Shown here piece after piece: positions 51,837 to 61,221 of a stretch of 64,000 nucleotides of DNA. Origin of the DNA: an uncultured Acidobacteriota bacterium (GTDB taxonomy: Bacteria > Acidobacteriota > JAQAZP01); NCBI GenBank assembly GCA_963836075.1, contig CAWIIB010000009.1:1920001-1984000 (forward strand). The letters run 5' to 3'. The stretch's first letter is position 1, and every line of letters begins with the position of its first letter. The notes under the pieces are model-generated. The model had not been told where the DNA came from and searched no databases. It saw only the letters and a list, made by a program, of their open reading frames with translations. The translations under genes and the position numbers were made by a program.

Positions 51837-53669
51837 TCAGAATTTCCACTGTTTGATAATCTCGCCGTTCGCGTTGCGGAGCCGGATCCATTCGACTTCC
51901 AGCTCGCCCGGACCCCGGCAGGGGTCGAAGCGGATCGAATTGGGCACGGTCTGCGGGTTCAGCGTCACACGGTACTCGTGCCACTTCTGGCCGGGCATCA
52001 GGTCGAACACGGCGGACCGGCCCTGGTGGTAGCCATACCGCCTGGTGCCCCAGAAGACCTGGGCCTTGCCGCCGACAGTCGACCGCATGCGGACCTCGAA
52101 CTCGACTGAACCTGCCACGCTGGGAATATCGGACGTCTGCAGAATGGGGTCCGGGCCGGTGGAGTTGATCAGCAGCCGGCCCTGCGCCTGTGAGATGTTT
52201 GCGTCCTTCATTGGCTGCCAGCCGAGGATGGCCTGCTGATAGGCCGGATTCGGAACCGGCACCAGCGGCTTGGTCTCGGCGATGTGCCGTTCGATCAGTG
52301 CAAGGAGCTCCGCGGTCAACTCCGGCTTTTCGGCCGCCAGGTTTCGCGTCTCGCCGATGTCGTCCGCAAGATTGTACAACTCGAGCCGGTCGGTCTGGTC
52401 ATCGTTGTCGGCGTAGAACCGGATCAGCTTCCACCCTCCGCGGCGCACCGAGGTGCTCGGCCGGTTGCCGGTGGTGTTGACGTAGTGCGGGAGGTGGCAG
52501 AAGACGGCTTCCCTTCCGATCGATTTTTCTCCACTCAGCACGGGCAGGATGCTCACGCCGTCGAGCACCTGGTCCGCCTGGGGCTTCAGACCGAGCACGT
52601 CGAGGATCGTCGGGTAGTAGTCGATGCTGGTAACCACGGCGTCCGTCTTCGAGCCCGATTCGACGTGGCCCGGCCAGACCACGGCGGTGGGCACGCGGAC
52701 GCCCCCTTCATAGATCGAGCCCTTGCCGCTGCGCAACGGGTGGTTGTTCGTCGGTGTGGTGCCGTCAACCTCGTTGTGCACGTTTCCGCCGTTGTCGGAG
52801 GTGAATACGATCAGCGTGTTCTCGGCAATGTTTAGCTCGTCAAGCGTATCGAGCACCCGGCCGATGCTTGTGTCCAGAACCTCGATCATCGCCCCCATCG
52901 TCGGGCAGCGCTGCGTATCGTTCGGATCGAGCCGCTTGCGGTATTTTTTGACCAGGTCCTGTTTGGACTCGAACGGACTGTGGACGTCGTAGAACCACAG
53001 ACAGATCAAGAACGGCCTTTGGCGGTTCGCGCGAATGAACTTGATGGCCTCGGTGGTGCTGACGTCGGAAATGTGCGAGCCCGGCGGGCTCTCCGGAATG
53101 GTGTCCAGCGGCCACGGGGCGAAATACCCCTCGGGCGGGCCCTCGTAATAGTTGCCGCCCACCACTCTATCGAAACCCTGGTTTTCCGGCAGGTACGGGT
53201 CGCGGCCCAGATGCCACTTGCCCACGAACGCGGTGGCGTAGCCGATGCCCCGAAGTGCCTCGGCCAGGGTGAAGCAGCTGTTCGGCAACCGCGTCCGCGA
53301 GCCGGGCGTTACGGCTTTCTGGGTCGGCGAGGCGCGCTCGGCCAGGCGCGGGTTGAGCACTTCCCGGGCAATGTGGCCCGCCGGGCTGGTCAACCTCAGA
53401 CGCCCGGGGTACTGACCGGTGAGGATGCTGGCCCGGGTCGGCGAACAGAGCGGGCTGGCCGCATAGGCGTCGGTGAACATCATCCCCCGGCGGACCAGGC
53501 GGTCGATGTTCGGCGTCTCGTAAAACCGGCTGCCGTAGATGGCCACGTCGCGCCAGCCAAGGTCGTCGGCCAGCAGGAACACGATGTTGGGCCTCTCTGC
53601 GGCGGGGGCGGCAGCGATCGTGGTGAGGCTCACAGCGCATACGGCTATGGCGAGCAGTCTGTTCTTCAT
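51837..53669 (-). CDS. Secreted sulfatase (S1) with a C-terminal beta-sandwich domain
   Basis: ADDLG, CSPTRASILTG, GKWHLG, SDNGG, YEGGVRVP. Confidence 0.93.
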   Translation of the reverse strand: MKNRLLAIAVCAVSLTTIAAAPAAERPNIVFLLADDLGWRDVAIYGSRFYETPNIDRLVRRGMMFTDAYAASPLCSPTRASILTGQYPGRLRLTSPAGHIAREVLNPRLAERASPTQKAVTPGSRTRLPNSCFTLAEALRGIGYATAFVGKWHLGRDPYLPENQGFDRVVGGNYYEGPPEGYFAPWPLDTIPESPPGSHISDVSTTEAIKFIRANRQRPFLICLWFYDVHSPFESKQDLVKKYRKRLDPNDTQRCPTMGAMIEVLDTSIGRVLDTLDELNIAENTLIVFTSDNGGNVHNEVDGTTPTNNHPLRSGKGSIYEGGVRVPTAVVWPGHVESGSKTDAVVTSIDYYPTILDVLGLKPQADQVLDGVSILPVLSGEKSIGREAVFCHLPHYVNTTGNRPSTSVRRGGWKLIRFYADNDDQTDRLELYNLADDIGETRNLAAEKPELTAELLALIERHIAETKPLVPVPNPAYQQAILGWQPMKDANISQAQGRLLINSTGPDPILQTSDIPSVAGSVEFEVRMRSTVGGKAQVFWGTRRYGYHQGRSAVFDLMPGQKWHEYRVTLNPQTVPNSIRFDPCRGPGELEVEWIRLRNANGEIIKQWKF

Positions 53670-53951
53670 GGGAGTGTTTGCCTCTACGTGGTCGTTGCCG
53701 GACCCACACGATTCAGTGGATACAGCATATCTGCTCTCCGAAACGATTGCATGCGCGATACAATCATGCCGGTTGGGCTGGCCGCTGCATCCATTTTACC
53801 GTCATAACCGGGTCATTGACACTCCTCGCGTGTCCGGGTAGGTTGTGGTCATCGCGTTCCGGAGTCGTTTCGGCTCAACATATACCAGTCCAGGATCGGC
53901 CCTGCCGTACAGCGTTATCGAGCGGAGTGCCATACATCAAGGAGGAGGATC

Positions 53952-56429
53952 ATGTTTCGAGTCCTGACCGTGGTCACCGTTGTGGTATTGATGATGGCGC
54001 CCTTCGCCGGAGCCGCCGATCACACCGAGCAATCGAAAACCGGTTGGCAGACTCCTCCCGAAGAGGTGATGGAGGTCCTCCACGCGCCCCAGCTTCCGCG
54101 GGTCTGGACCTCACCCACGGGAGAGTATCTGCTGCTGGCTGATCCCATCTCCTATCCTCCGCTGGCTGAAATGGCCGGACCGATGCACGTGCTGGCCGGC
54201 ATGCGGGTGGATCCCGTGACCAACAACACCCACGGACGGCACGGGGCCATCTCCCCGCGCCTGGTCAAGGTGGAGGGGGGCGCCGAGACGCCTCTTGGTC
54301 TGCCGGGAGACGTGGAGGTGCATTCGGTGAACTGGTCTGCGGACGGCCAACGCTTCGCCCTCACCACCAGGCATGCCGACCACATGGGTCTTTGGGTCGG
54401 CTCGATAGATGGCGTCCTGACCAAAATCGAGAACGTGGCCATCAACCAGCTCCTGGACACCGGCGTGCGCTGGCTGCCTGACCAGCAGCGGCTGCTGGTG
54501 CGCCGCATCCCCAAGCGCGGGTCACCGCCCCAGCCGCCGGCCATCCCGGCTGGGCCCGAGATCCAGGAGGGTGAGGGAGCCACAGCCCGCTCCACCTATG
54601 AATCGCGTAACCTGCTGGAGACCGCTCACGACGACGCCCTCTTCGACTATTACGCCACCTCGGAACTGGTGATCGTTGACCCGGCCAAGGGCACGGTGAA
54701 AATCCTGGGCAAGCCCGCGGTCTATACCTCCTCCGATTTCTCTCCCGACGGCTCCTACCTGCTGGTGGAGCGCCTGGTGGGCCCCTGGTCTCATGCGGTG
54801 CCCTGGTGGCGTTTTGCAAGTGAGCTGGAGGTCTGGGACACGAATGCCAGGCCCGTGGCCACCATCGCCTCCCTGCCCCTGGCCGATCAGGTGCCGATCC
54901 ATGGTGTGGCCCTGGGGCCGCGGGGCGCCTCCTGGCGTGCGACGGCACCGCACACGCTTTACTGGGTCGAGGCGTTGGACGGCGGCAACCCCGTGGCCGA
55001 GGTCGACCACCGCGACCGGCTGATGCGCCTGGACGCACCGTTCAACGGGGAGCCGGAGGAGGTCTTCCGGGCCAAACACCGTATCGTGAGCTCGATGGGC
55101 GGGTGGGGCGCCGAAGGCGGCACGCTGATGCTCACCGAGCGCGAGCGGATCCGCCGCTGGCGCTACACCTGGCTGCTCGACGTGGACAAGGGCACTTCGC
55201 GCCTCTGGTTCGAGCTCAACGAAAGCGACCGCTACAACTCGCCCGGCTACCCCGAGAGCCGTCCCCTGCCCAATGGCCGGTGGGTGCTGCACCAGAAGGG
55301 CGATGCGGTCTACTTTTCCGGCAGCGGCGCCACCGAGGACGGGGACCGGCCGTTCCTCGACCTGCGCCACATGGAGACCGGGGAGGTCCAGCGGCTCTGG
55401 CGCTGCCGGCCGGACCGCTACGAGTACTTCCAGGCCTTTGCCGGTGACGAGGACCGCTTTGTCATGCGCTCCGAATCCGCCGTGGACGTGCCCAACTACT
55501 ACCTGGCCACCCTGGGGAAGACCATCGAGGCCGCCGAGGGCGAGGCCACCCGGGCCCTCACCCGGAAGCCGATCACCCGCTTCAAGGACCCCACGCCCCA
55601 GCTGCGCCAGATCGAAAAGCGCCTCGTCCGCTACGAGCGGGAAGACGGCGTGCCGCTCAGCTTCCAGTTGCACCTCCCGCCCGGCTACCAGGAGGGCACG
55701 CGGCTGCCCACGGTGCTCTATGCCTACCCCATGGAGTACTCCGACCCGGCCACCGCCGGGCAGGTGCGCGGGTCGACCCGGCGCTTCAGCAGGATGTACG
55801 GCTCCTCGCACCTCTTCTTCCTGCTCCAGGGGTATGCCGTGCTCGACAGTACGGCCATGCCGATGATCGGGGATCCCGAGACCACTTACGACACCTTCGT
55901 GCCCCAGCTGGTGGCCGACGCGGAGGCGGCGGTGGCCAAGGCCGTGGAGATCGGGGTGACCGATCCCCGGCGCATCGGCGTCATCGGTCACAGCCACGGC
56001 GGGCTGATGGTGGGCAACCTGCTGGCCCACACCGACCTGTTCACTGCCGGCATTGCCCGCAGCGGCTCATACAACAAGACCACCCAGCCCTTCGGCTTCC
56101 AGTCCGAGCGGCGTTCCCTCTTCGAGGCCCGGGACGTCTACATCCAGGTCTCGCCAACGTTTTTTGCGGACAAGGTCAACGAGCCGGTGCTGGTGATCCA
56201 CGGCAACGCCGATTCCAACCCGGGCACGCTCACCTTCCAGTCCGAGGTCTTCTTCGAGGCCGTGCGCGGCTCGGGCGGCACCGCCCGCCTGGTGCTGCTG
56301 CCCTTCGAGGATCACGGCTACCGGTCACGGGAGAGCATCGAGCACGTCCTCTGGGAGCAGATCCAGTGGTTCGACAGATACGTGAAGAACGCCGAACCCG
56401 AAACGCCTCCAGCTGCCGAGGAGCCGTGA
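53952..56429 (+). CDS. S9-family prolyl oligopeptidase-like serine peptidase
   Basis: Signal peptide, GHSHGG, HGNADSN, EDHGY; RBS GGAGG. Confidence 0.92.
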   Translation: MFRVLTVVTVVVLMMAPFAGAADHTEQSKTGWQTPPEEVMEVLHAPQLPRVWTSPTGEYLLLADPISYPPLAEMAGPMHVLAGMRVDPVTNNTHGRHGAISPRLVKVEGGAETPLGLPGDVEVHSVNWSADGQRFALTTRHADHMGLWVGSIDGVLTKIENVAINQLLDTGVRWLPDQQRLLVRRIPKRGSPPQPPAIPAGPEIQEGEGATARSTYESRNLLETAHDDALFDYYATSELVIVDPAKGTVKILGKPAVYTSSDFSPDGSYLLVERLVGPWSHAVPWWRFASELEVWDTNARPVATIASLPLADQVPIHGVALGPRGASWRATAPHTLYWVEALDGGNPVAEVDHRDRLMRLDAPFNGEPEEVFRAKHRIVSSMGGWGAEGGTLMLTERERIRRWRYTWLLDVDKGTSRLWFELNESDRYNSPGYPESRPLPNGRWVLHQKGDAVYFSGSGATEDGDRPFLDLRHMETGEVQRLWRCRPDRYEYFQAFAGDEDRFVMRSESAVDVPNYYLATLGKTIEAAEGEATRALTRKPITRFKDPTPQLRQIEKRLVRYEREDGVPLSFQLHLPPGYQEGTRLPTVLYAYPMEYSDPATAGQVRGSTRRFSRMYGSSHLFFLLQGYAVLDSTAMPMIGDPETTYDTFVPQLVADAEAAVAKAVEIGVTDPRRIGVIGHSHGGLMVGNLLAHTDLFTAGIARSGSYNKTTQPFGFQSERRSLFEARDVYIQVSPTFFADKVNEPVLVIHGNADSNPGTLTFQSEVFFEAVRGSGGTARLVLLPFEDHGYRSRESIEHVLWEQIQWFDRYVKNAEPETPPAAEEP

Positions 56430-56446
56430 GGAGGTGACATCCTCCC

Positions 56447-57442
56447 ATGAAGACGTATTTCAATGATTTCTGGGGGCTGCAAAGCCCCCACGTTTTTTTG
56501 CGCTACAGCACGCCGGCCAAACTGCTCAACCTGTGCCGATCGGTGCTGCAGCTGAAACTGCGCCGGTGGAATGTAACGGCCCACCCGTTCAAACTCGTTG
56601 TGGACATCACCAACGCGTGCAACCTGAGATGCCCCCACTGTCCCACCGGCAAACAGGTGAAGGGCCGTCCCAAAGGCTTCATGGAGCTGGCGAGGTTTAA
56701 CCAGATTCTCGATCAGCTTGGTGACTACGTCTATCTCATCGACCTGTTCAACTGGGGCGAGTCATTCCTGAACAGGGACATTTTCAAAATGATATCCATG
56801 GCCGAGCAGAGGAAGGTCTGTACCAGAATCCACACCAGTTTGAATATCCGGCTGAGTGAAGAAAAGCTGGAGGATCTGCTCCATTCGAAATTGACCTATT
56901 TGTCCGTTTCACTGGATGGCGCCGACCAGGAGACGTACGCCCACTACCGCAAGGGCGGAGACCTGGCGCTGGCCCTGGACCATGCCCGGAGGATCATCGA
57001 GCGCAGGAAACAAACGGGGCGACGCAAGCCGCACCTCACCTGGCAGTTTCTTGTTTTCCCCCACAACCGGCACCAGGTCGAGGATGCACGTCAATTGTCG
57101 GAGGAAATCGGTTTCGATCGCTTCGTCACCATGCCGGGCATCACCAGTCGTGAGATGCAGGATGCGGAGAGTGACCCGCCGGGAGGAGTCTGTGACTGGC
57201 TCTGGACCACGGCCACCTTTCACTGGGACGGCAGGATCGGCCCCTGCTGCCGGCAGTTCATGGCCCGGGATGATTTTGGCGTTCTGGGGGATGGTGATTT
57301 CATGTTGGTCTGGAATAGCGAAAAATTCCAGTACGCCCGCAGCCTGTTTTCCAAGCGGCCTCTGATTCGTCAGAACATATTGTGCAATCACTGCTACAAA
57401 GTGTTCGGCGTCAATCAGCCATTAATCACATTGAGGCGCTGA
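56447..57442 (+). CDS. Radical SAM/SPASM protein
   Basis: CNLRCPHC, NWGE, CDWLW..DGRIGPCC..CNHC. Confidence 0.9.
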   Translation: MKTYFNDFWGLQSPHVFLRYSTPAKLLNLCRSVLQLKLRRWNVTAHPFKLVVDITNACNLRCPHCPTGKQVKGRPKGFMELARFNQILDQLGDYVYLIDLFNWGESFLNRDIFKMISMAEQRKVCTRIHTSLNIRLSEEKLEDLLHSKLTYLSVSLDGADQETYAHYRKGGDLALALDHARRIIERRKQTGRRKPHLTWQFLVFPHNRHQVEDARQLSEEIGFDRFVTMPGITSREMQDAESDPPGGVCDWLWTTATFHWDGRIGPCCRQFMARDDFGVLGDGDFMLVWNSEKFQYARSLFSKRPLIRQNILCNHCYKVFGVNQPLITLRR

Positions 57443-57621
57443 TGAGCATTCCTTATCAACCAACCGGAGACAACACTTGACGTTCAGGCGGGAAAAACCT
57501 ATTCATATAACAAGACTTTTTTCTTAAATGACTCCGGGAAGTTCTCGATAAATTGAATCAACCTTTATCTGCGCGATGGGATGAGTATCCCGTTTGTCAG
57601 AAAACCTTGGGGAGAGCACCA

Positions 57622-60600
57622 ATGGGAAAGCAGCATGACAATTTCAGAGGGCGGATCTGGATCATAGTGATAACACTGATGCTCATCTTTGGTTCATTGG
57701 GGAGTCCAGCAGCTTATGCCGGATCCAATCAAATAGAGCTCAGCATAACGCCGGGTGACTATGACATCCTGGTGGACGATGAAGGCTTCCACTATATTTC
57801 CATGCTTGCCCCGGGATACGGAGTAGTGGGTTCACCCGGAGACCCTGTTCTTCCGGAGCGCATCCTGGAAATTGATGCTCCCGAGAATATTGATTGGTCC
57901 AGTGTTGTCTTGACAGTGAACATCGTCGGATCGGAAGTTCTTGCCGGACCATACAACATCCGCCCCACGGATCCTGATCGAGCGGTGATTGCCGCCGATG
58001 ATCCGGCGGACAACATAGAAATTACCGACTGGGGCGTCAACAAATCGATCGTGGACGGTCGGAACGTTTACGTTTACGGCAACGATGCCGACTATCCGGA
58101 AGACACGGTGGTGATGATCCCCCACACCCAGGGGAAAAGGCCATCGGATGTCGGAGGGTTTGTGGAGCTGGAATATCTGCGTCTGGCCTACCGGCCGTTT
58201 TTGTACAATCCGGTCAGCCAGGAATTGCTGCTGCTGCAGTTGGTGGATATCGTTATCACCTATGAGGTCGAGGATGGGTTCTCCACTCCGGCCAAAAAGA
58301 AAAAACGCAGCGCTGACTATGTGATCGTCACCAGCAATGACATCGTGGCTAACAGCCAGCGGCTGGATAATTTCATTTACCTCAAGGAGCAGCTCTACGG
58401 TCACAGCGTCCTGGTGGTAACCGAAGATGACTTCGGACCCCTCACCGGTCAACAACCCAATGGAACAGCGGAAAAGATACGTGAATGGTTGATCCAGAAT
58501 TATGTCTCGAGCGGGATCGACTATGTTCTGTTGATCGGCGACCCCGATCCTGACGATCCATTCGACCCGGGGGATACCGTCGGTGATATCCCGATGAAGG
58601 ACTGCACACCGTTCTATTTCAGCTGGCAGTACCGGGATTGCCCCACGGATTGGTTTTATGCCGACCTCACCGGCAACTGGGACCTTGACGGTGACGGTTA
58701 CTTTGCCGAATCCATGGATATCAACGCCCCGCAAAGCCCTGAATGGCCGACGATCAATACCGATTACTTCGCCATCCGTTGGGATGGCTACATGCACTGT
58801 GATTTCACCGAGGAGTATGAATTCCATACCTTCAGCGATGGGGGTGTCAGGCTTTACATCGACGGGGACCTGGTCATCGATAACTGGGATGACAACCTGG
58901 AGCATCCCCCAACCAATGACTACGCGCAGCTGAATATGACCGAAGGAGATCATGAACTTCGCGTTGACTACAAGGAGCACACCAAAGACGCGATCATCGC
59001 ACTCTTTTGGAAAACGACGGTACCGAAGACTGATCCCAACTACCTCGAGCACCAGGTGATTCCGCTTGATCATCTGAAAGATGAGACGAATTCGTCCCCG
59101 GGGCTTACCGGGCGCTACTACAACAACATCTGGTTTTCGGGTGATCCCGACCTGGTGCGCCCGGACGGGGAGATCGTCAACTATGTCTGGGGCATCGGTG
59201 ACCTGGGACCAGGCGGGCCGGATACGGGCGCCGAACTGTTCGTGGGGAGAATTCCGGTTTACGGAAGCGACTACGCACAGCTCGATGCAATCCTGGACAA
59301 GATCATCCTCTATGAAACGGCTCAGCCGGGGGACATTTCCTGGAGATCGTCGGTCCTGCTGCCCATGGAACCGATGAGCGCAACCGTGGAGTGCTACCAA
59401 CTGGGCGAAAAAATCAAGAATGACATCGCCATACCGCTGTCTTTCGACTACTACCGGATCTATGAGGAAGATTACGGGGTCGGGCCGGAAATGACCCCGT
59501 GCAACTATGACAATGTCAGAAATGAATGGCCCAACGGCTACGGGCTGACCTCGTGGGCGACCCATGGCAACATCGCTGTCGCCGTCGATATTTTCAGGTC
59601 TGAATATGCGCCTGAACTGGACGACTCCAGACCGGCCTTCACCTGCCAGGCCTCATGCCTCACCGGTTATCCTGAAAGCGACAACAACCTGGCATATGCA
59701 CTGCTCAAAAATGGAGCGATCGCAACGGTGGCAGGCACGCGGGTCACCATCTATGGCGGCGAATGGGAAGCATACGACCCGACATCGGGCAGATACGCCC
59801 CGTTCAGTTTCTTCTACACGAAAGGACTCACCCTGGACGGGTTTCCCGCGGGCGCCGCGCTGGCCCAGCAGAAAGCGCCAATCGCGTATGCCACCCAGAA
59901 CGAGTTGAGTTTCAATCTCTACGGCGACCCGGAATGCTACCTGCTCTATACGGTTCCCAATTCACCGCCGGTTGCGGACGCTGGAGGTCCCTACACGGAA
60001 AACGAGGGAACCGCGGTGATCCTGGATGCCGGCAACTCCTTTGACCCTGATGGCGGCGACCTCGAGTATCGATGGGACGTGGAAAATGACGGAATCTGGG
60101 ATACTTCGTGGTCCGCAAGCCCGACCCACTCGCATACGTGGTGTGACGACCACACCGGTACGGTGAAAGTGGAGGTGCGTGACCCGTTGGGGTTGACCGA
60201 CGAGGACACGGCAAGCGTGACCATCCTCAATGTGCCGCCGGTTGTTGATGCCGGCCCGGATCAGAATGCCGATGAAGGTCAGCTTGTCTATTTTTCCGGC
60301 AGCTTCTTCGACCCGGGATGTGACACCCACATCACTCATTGGGATTTCGGTGACGGGACCTTTGATTCCGGATCCCTGACCACAACCCATGCTTACGGTG
60401 ACAACGGGGTATACACCGTTACGCTCACCGTAACCGACGATGATGCGGGCGTGGGGACCGATACCCTGGTGGTGACAGTGGCCAACGTCGACCCAACAAT
60501 CACCGACATGCTATTGGACCAGCCGAACCAGCAATTTATCCTGCCCCATGTTCACGACCTGACGTTTACCGGGCTTTTTACCGATCCGGGGTGGCTTGAC

Positions 60601-61107
60601 ACCCACACGGGGACCTGGGACTTTGGCGACGGCACGATCATCCCCGGTATCGTTACGGAGGAAAATATCGAACCCGACGCAACCGGAACGATCACCGGGG
60701 ACCATGTCTACACGGCGCCTGGAGACTACACGGTGACCGTGACCCTTCTGGATGATGACGGAGGAATGGACAGCGAGACCATGCCGGTCACTGTGGTGGA
60801 TGAATTCGGCGCCCTGGAAGACATCCGTGAATATATCATGGACCTTCCGGACAGTGCATTCGTGAACAATCCGGACAGAAGGAAAAACGCGCTGGATAAC
60901 AAGCTGAACGCGATCCGCTCGATGCTGGAGGGCAAGAACTATCACGGAGCGATTCAAAAACTGATTAAGGATATCCGTTCAACGGCAGATGGCTCCGTCG
61001 ATGGGAATCCAAACAACGACTGGATAACAGACCCGGAGGCACAGGTACACATCTGCATGAAAATAGATGATCTGGTGGCCTATCTGGAACTGTTGATGCA
61101 ACTGTAA
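57622..61107 (+). CDS. C25 (gingipain-family) cysteine peptidase with propeptide, PA14 insert, PKD domains and helical tail
   Basis: GDPVLP propeptide, YVLLIGD, VGRIP, THG and ASC catalytic dyad, LYGDP, WDFGDG repeats. Confidence 0.85.
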   Translation: MGKQHDNFRGRIWIIVITLMLIFGSLGSPAAYAGSNQIELSITPGDYDILVDDEGFHYISMLAPGYGVVGSPGDPVLPERILEIDAPENIDWSSVVLTVNIVGSEVLAGPYNIRPTDPDRAVIAADDPADNIEITDWGVNKSIVDGRNVYVYGNDADYPEDTVVMIPHTQGKRPSDVGGFVELEYLRLAYRPFLYNPVSQELLLLQLVDIVITYEVEDGFSTPAKKKKRSADYVIVTSNDIVANSQRLDNFIYLKEQLYGHSVLVVTEDDFGPLTGQQPNGTAEKIREWLIQNYVSSGIDYVLLIGDPDPDDPFDPGDTVGDIPMKDCTPFYFSWQYRDCPTDWFYADLTGNWDLDGDGYFAESMDINAPQSPEWPTINTDYFAIRWDGYMHCDFTEEYEFHTFSDGGVRLYIDGDLVIDNWDDNLEHPPTNDYAQLNMTEGDHELRVDYKEHTKDAIIALFWKTTVPKTDPNYLEHQVIPLDHLKDETNSSPGLTGRYYNNIWFSGDPDLVRPDGEIVNYVWGIGDLGPGGPDTGAELFVGRIPVYGSDYAQLDAILDKIILYETAQPGDISWRSSVLLPMEPMSATVECYQLGEKIKNDIAIPLSFDYYRIYEEDYGVGPEMTPCNYDNVRNEWPNGYGLTSWATHGNIAVAVDIFRSEYAPELDDSRPAFTCQASCLTGYPESDNNLAYALLKNGAIATVAGTRVTIYGGEWEAYDPTSGRYAPFSFFYTKGLTLDGFPAGAALAQQKAPIAYATQNELSFNLYGDPECYLLYTVPNSPPVADAGGPYTENEGTAVILDAGNSFDPDGGDLEYRWDVENDGIWDTSWSASPTHSHTWCDDHTGTVKVEVRDPLGLTDEDTASVTILNVPPVVDAGPDQNADEGQLVYFSGSFFDPGCDTHITHWDFGDGTFDSGSLTTTHAYGDNGVYTVTLTVTDDDAGVGTDTLVVTVANVDPTITDMLLDQPNQQFILPHVHDLTFTGLFTDPGWLDTHTGTWDFGDGTIIPGIVTEENIEPDATGTITGDHVYTAPGDYTVTVTLLDDDGGMDSETMPVTVVDEFGALEDIREYIMDLPDSAFVNNPDRRKNALDNKLNAIRSMLEGKNYHGAIQKLIKDIRSTADGSVDGNPNNDWITDPEAQVHICMKIDDLVAYLELLMQL

Positions 61108-61167
61108 GCGGGATATAGCTTCACCACGGGTGCTGTCCTTGCCCCCGGCAAGGCGCTGGGATACGAG

Positions 61168-61204
61168 AAGGTGGACGGCGGCTCAATGCTGCCGTCCACC
61201 TTTA
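61168..61204. terminator. Terminator between convergent genes
   Basis: AAGGTGGACGGCGGC..GCTGCCGTCCACCTTTT. Confidence 0.75.
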
Positions 61205-61221
61205 CTGGTTGCCTCATCCCC

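Noticed and set aside
56447-57442. Anaerobic sulfatase maturase for the nearby sulfatase
   Set aside because: It lacks the anSME-type full two-cluster SPASM cysteine set and is not linked to the sulfatase gene.
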